From a virus, in the IMG/VR virus record IMGVR_UViG_3300020020_000026, positions 18,287-82,286 of that record: DNA of 64,000 nt. One strand, 5' to 3'. Under the pieces are notes generated by a model. It made no database searches and was not told the origin of the DNA. It saw only the letters and a program-made list of their open reading frames with translations. Shown here in pieces: positions 63,635 through 64,000 of this stretch (position 1 is its first letter; each line of letters opens with the position of its first letter). The position numbers were made by a program, and so were the translations under genes.

Positions 63635-64000
63635 TTACTGCTCCGTCAGGTGGTCGTCCCGGTCGCGCCCCTGCGCCATCCAGGGCCTGACCTCCGGGGC
63701 CGCCTCCTCCTGCTTGGCTCCTGCAACCTTGGTGGCAACTCGTTGCTGGGTCGATAGCCGCAGCTTGTCCATCAGGGTTCCCATCGCCCGGCCTTCCCGG
63801 TCGTGCATCACGGCCACCTGGTTCAAATGGGCCAGGTCTTTGGGGTTCTTGGGGTCCAGAAGACCCACCCGGAACTCCTGCAGCGCCTCGCCAAGGAACC
63901 TGGCATGGCAAATGTGGCGGCACAACTGGGCCAGGAGGGGCCACGTTTCCTTGGGGAACCAATTCGGGGGGCTAACCTCCCAGAACCGGTTCCATTCCTT
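63635..64000 (-). CDS. Terminase small subunit-like protein (5' partial)
   Basis: Directly upstream of terL; W...P..WF....PLL..LCRH, KLRLS.Q.R. Confidence 0.7.
   Translation of the reverse strand, partial: KEWNRFWEVSPPNWFPKETWPLLAQLCRHICHARFLGEALQEFRVGLLDPKNPKDLAHLNQVAVMHDREGRAMGTLMDKLRLSTQQRVATKVAGAKQEEAAPEVRPWMAQGRDRDDHLTEQ

Larger units (their letters stand above)
1..64000. mobile_element. Tailed phage/prophage genome segment (HK97-type head, Mu-like contractile tail)
   Basis: Terminase, portal, protease-capsid, sheath, tube, baseplate, fibres and endolysins present; no host housekeeping genes seen. Confidence 0.97.

Noticed and set aside
1-64000. tRNA, rRNA, integrase/att sites, inteins
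   Set aside because: None recognised by eye; terL and portal are normal length; lifestyle cannot be decided from this window

Overview
This window is 64 kb of a GC-rich tailed dsDNA phage or prophage. The host is probably an alphaproteobacterium (Rhizobiales-like), judging by CTTGAC-N17-CTATAT promoters and a VPLPA-CTERM protein. The minus strand carries an almost complete late region. Read right to left, it runs: TerS/TerL, an Acb2/Tad1-like small protein, a cluster of tagged enzymatic effectors (ADP-ribosyltransferase; ParB plus HExxH peptidase; RelA/SpoT-like), accessory structural genes, an HK97-type protease-capsid fusion, portal, head-tail genes, a Mu-like contractile tail with TWO paralogous tape-measure-like proteins, baseplate, at least six fibre/RBP genes, and a lysis module with two endolysins. 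Plus-strand blocks of small genes lie at 1-9.3 kb and, unusually, inside the late region at 49.5-55.7 kb. These blocks are driven by about 11 near-identical promoters, most carrying two abutting 17-bp palindromes (TAnG-N9-CnTA). Other notable signals are two structural genes with non-AUG starts (AUU, AUC) in an almost identical Shine-Dalgarno context, a candidate pentamer-repeat sRNA behind the capsid gene, a synthetase/hydrolase alarmone pair, and a -1 tail-chaperone frameshift. All protein family calls come from motif recognition by eye, not from database searches.
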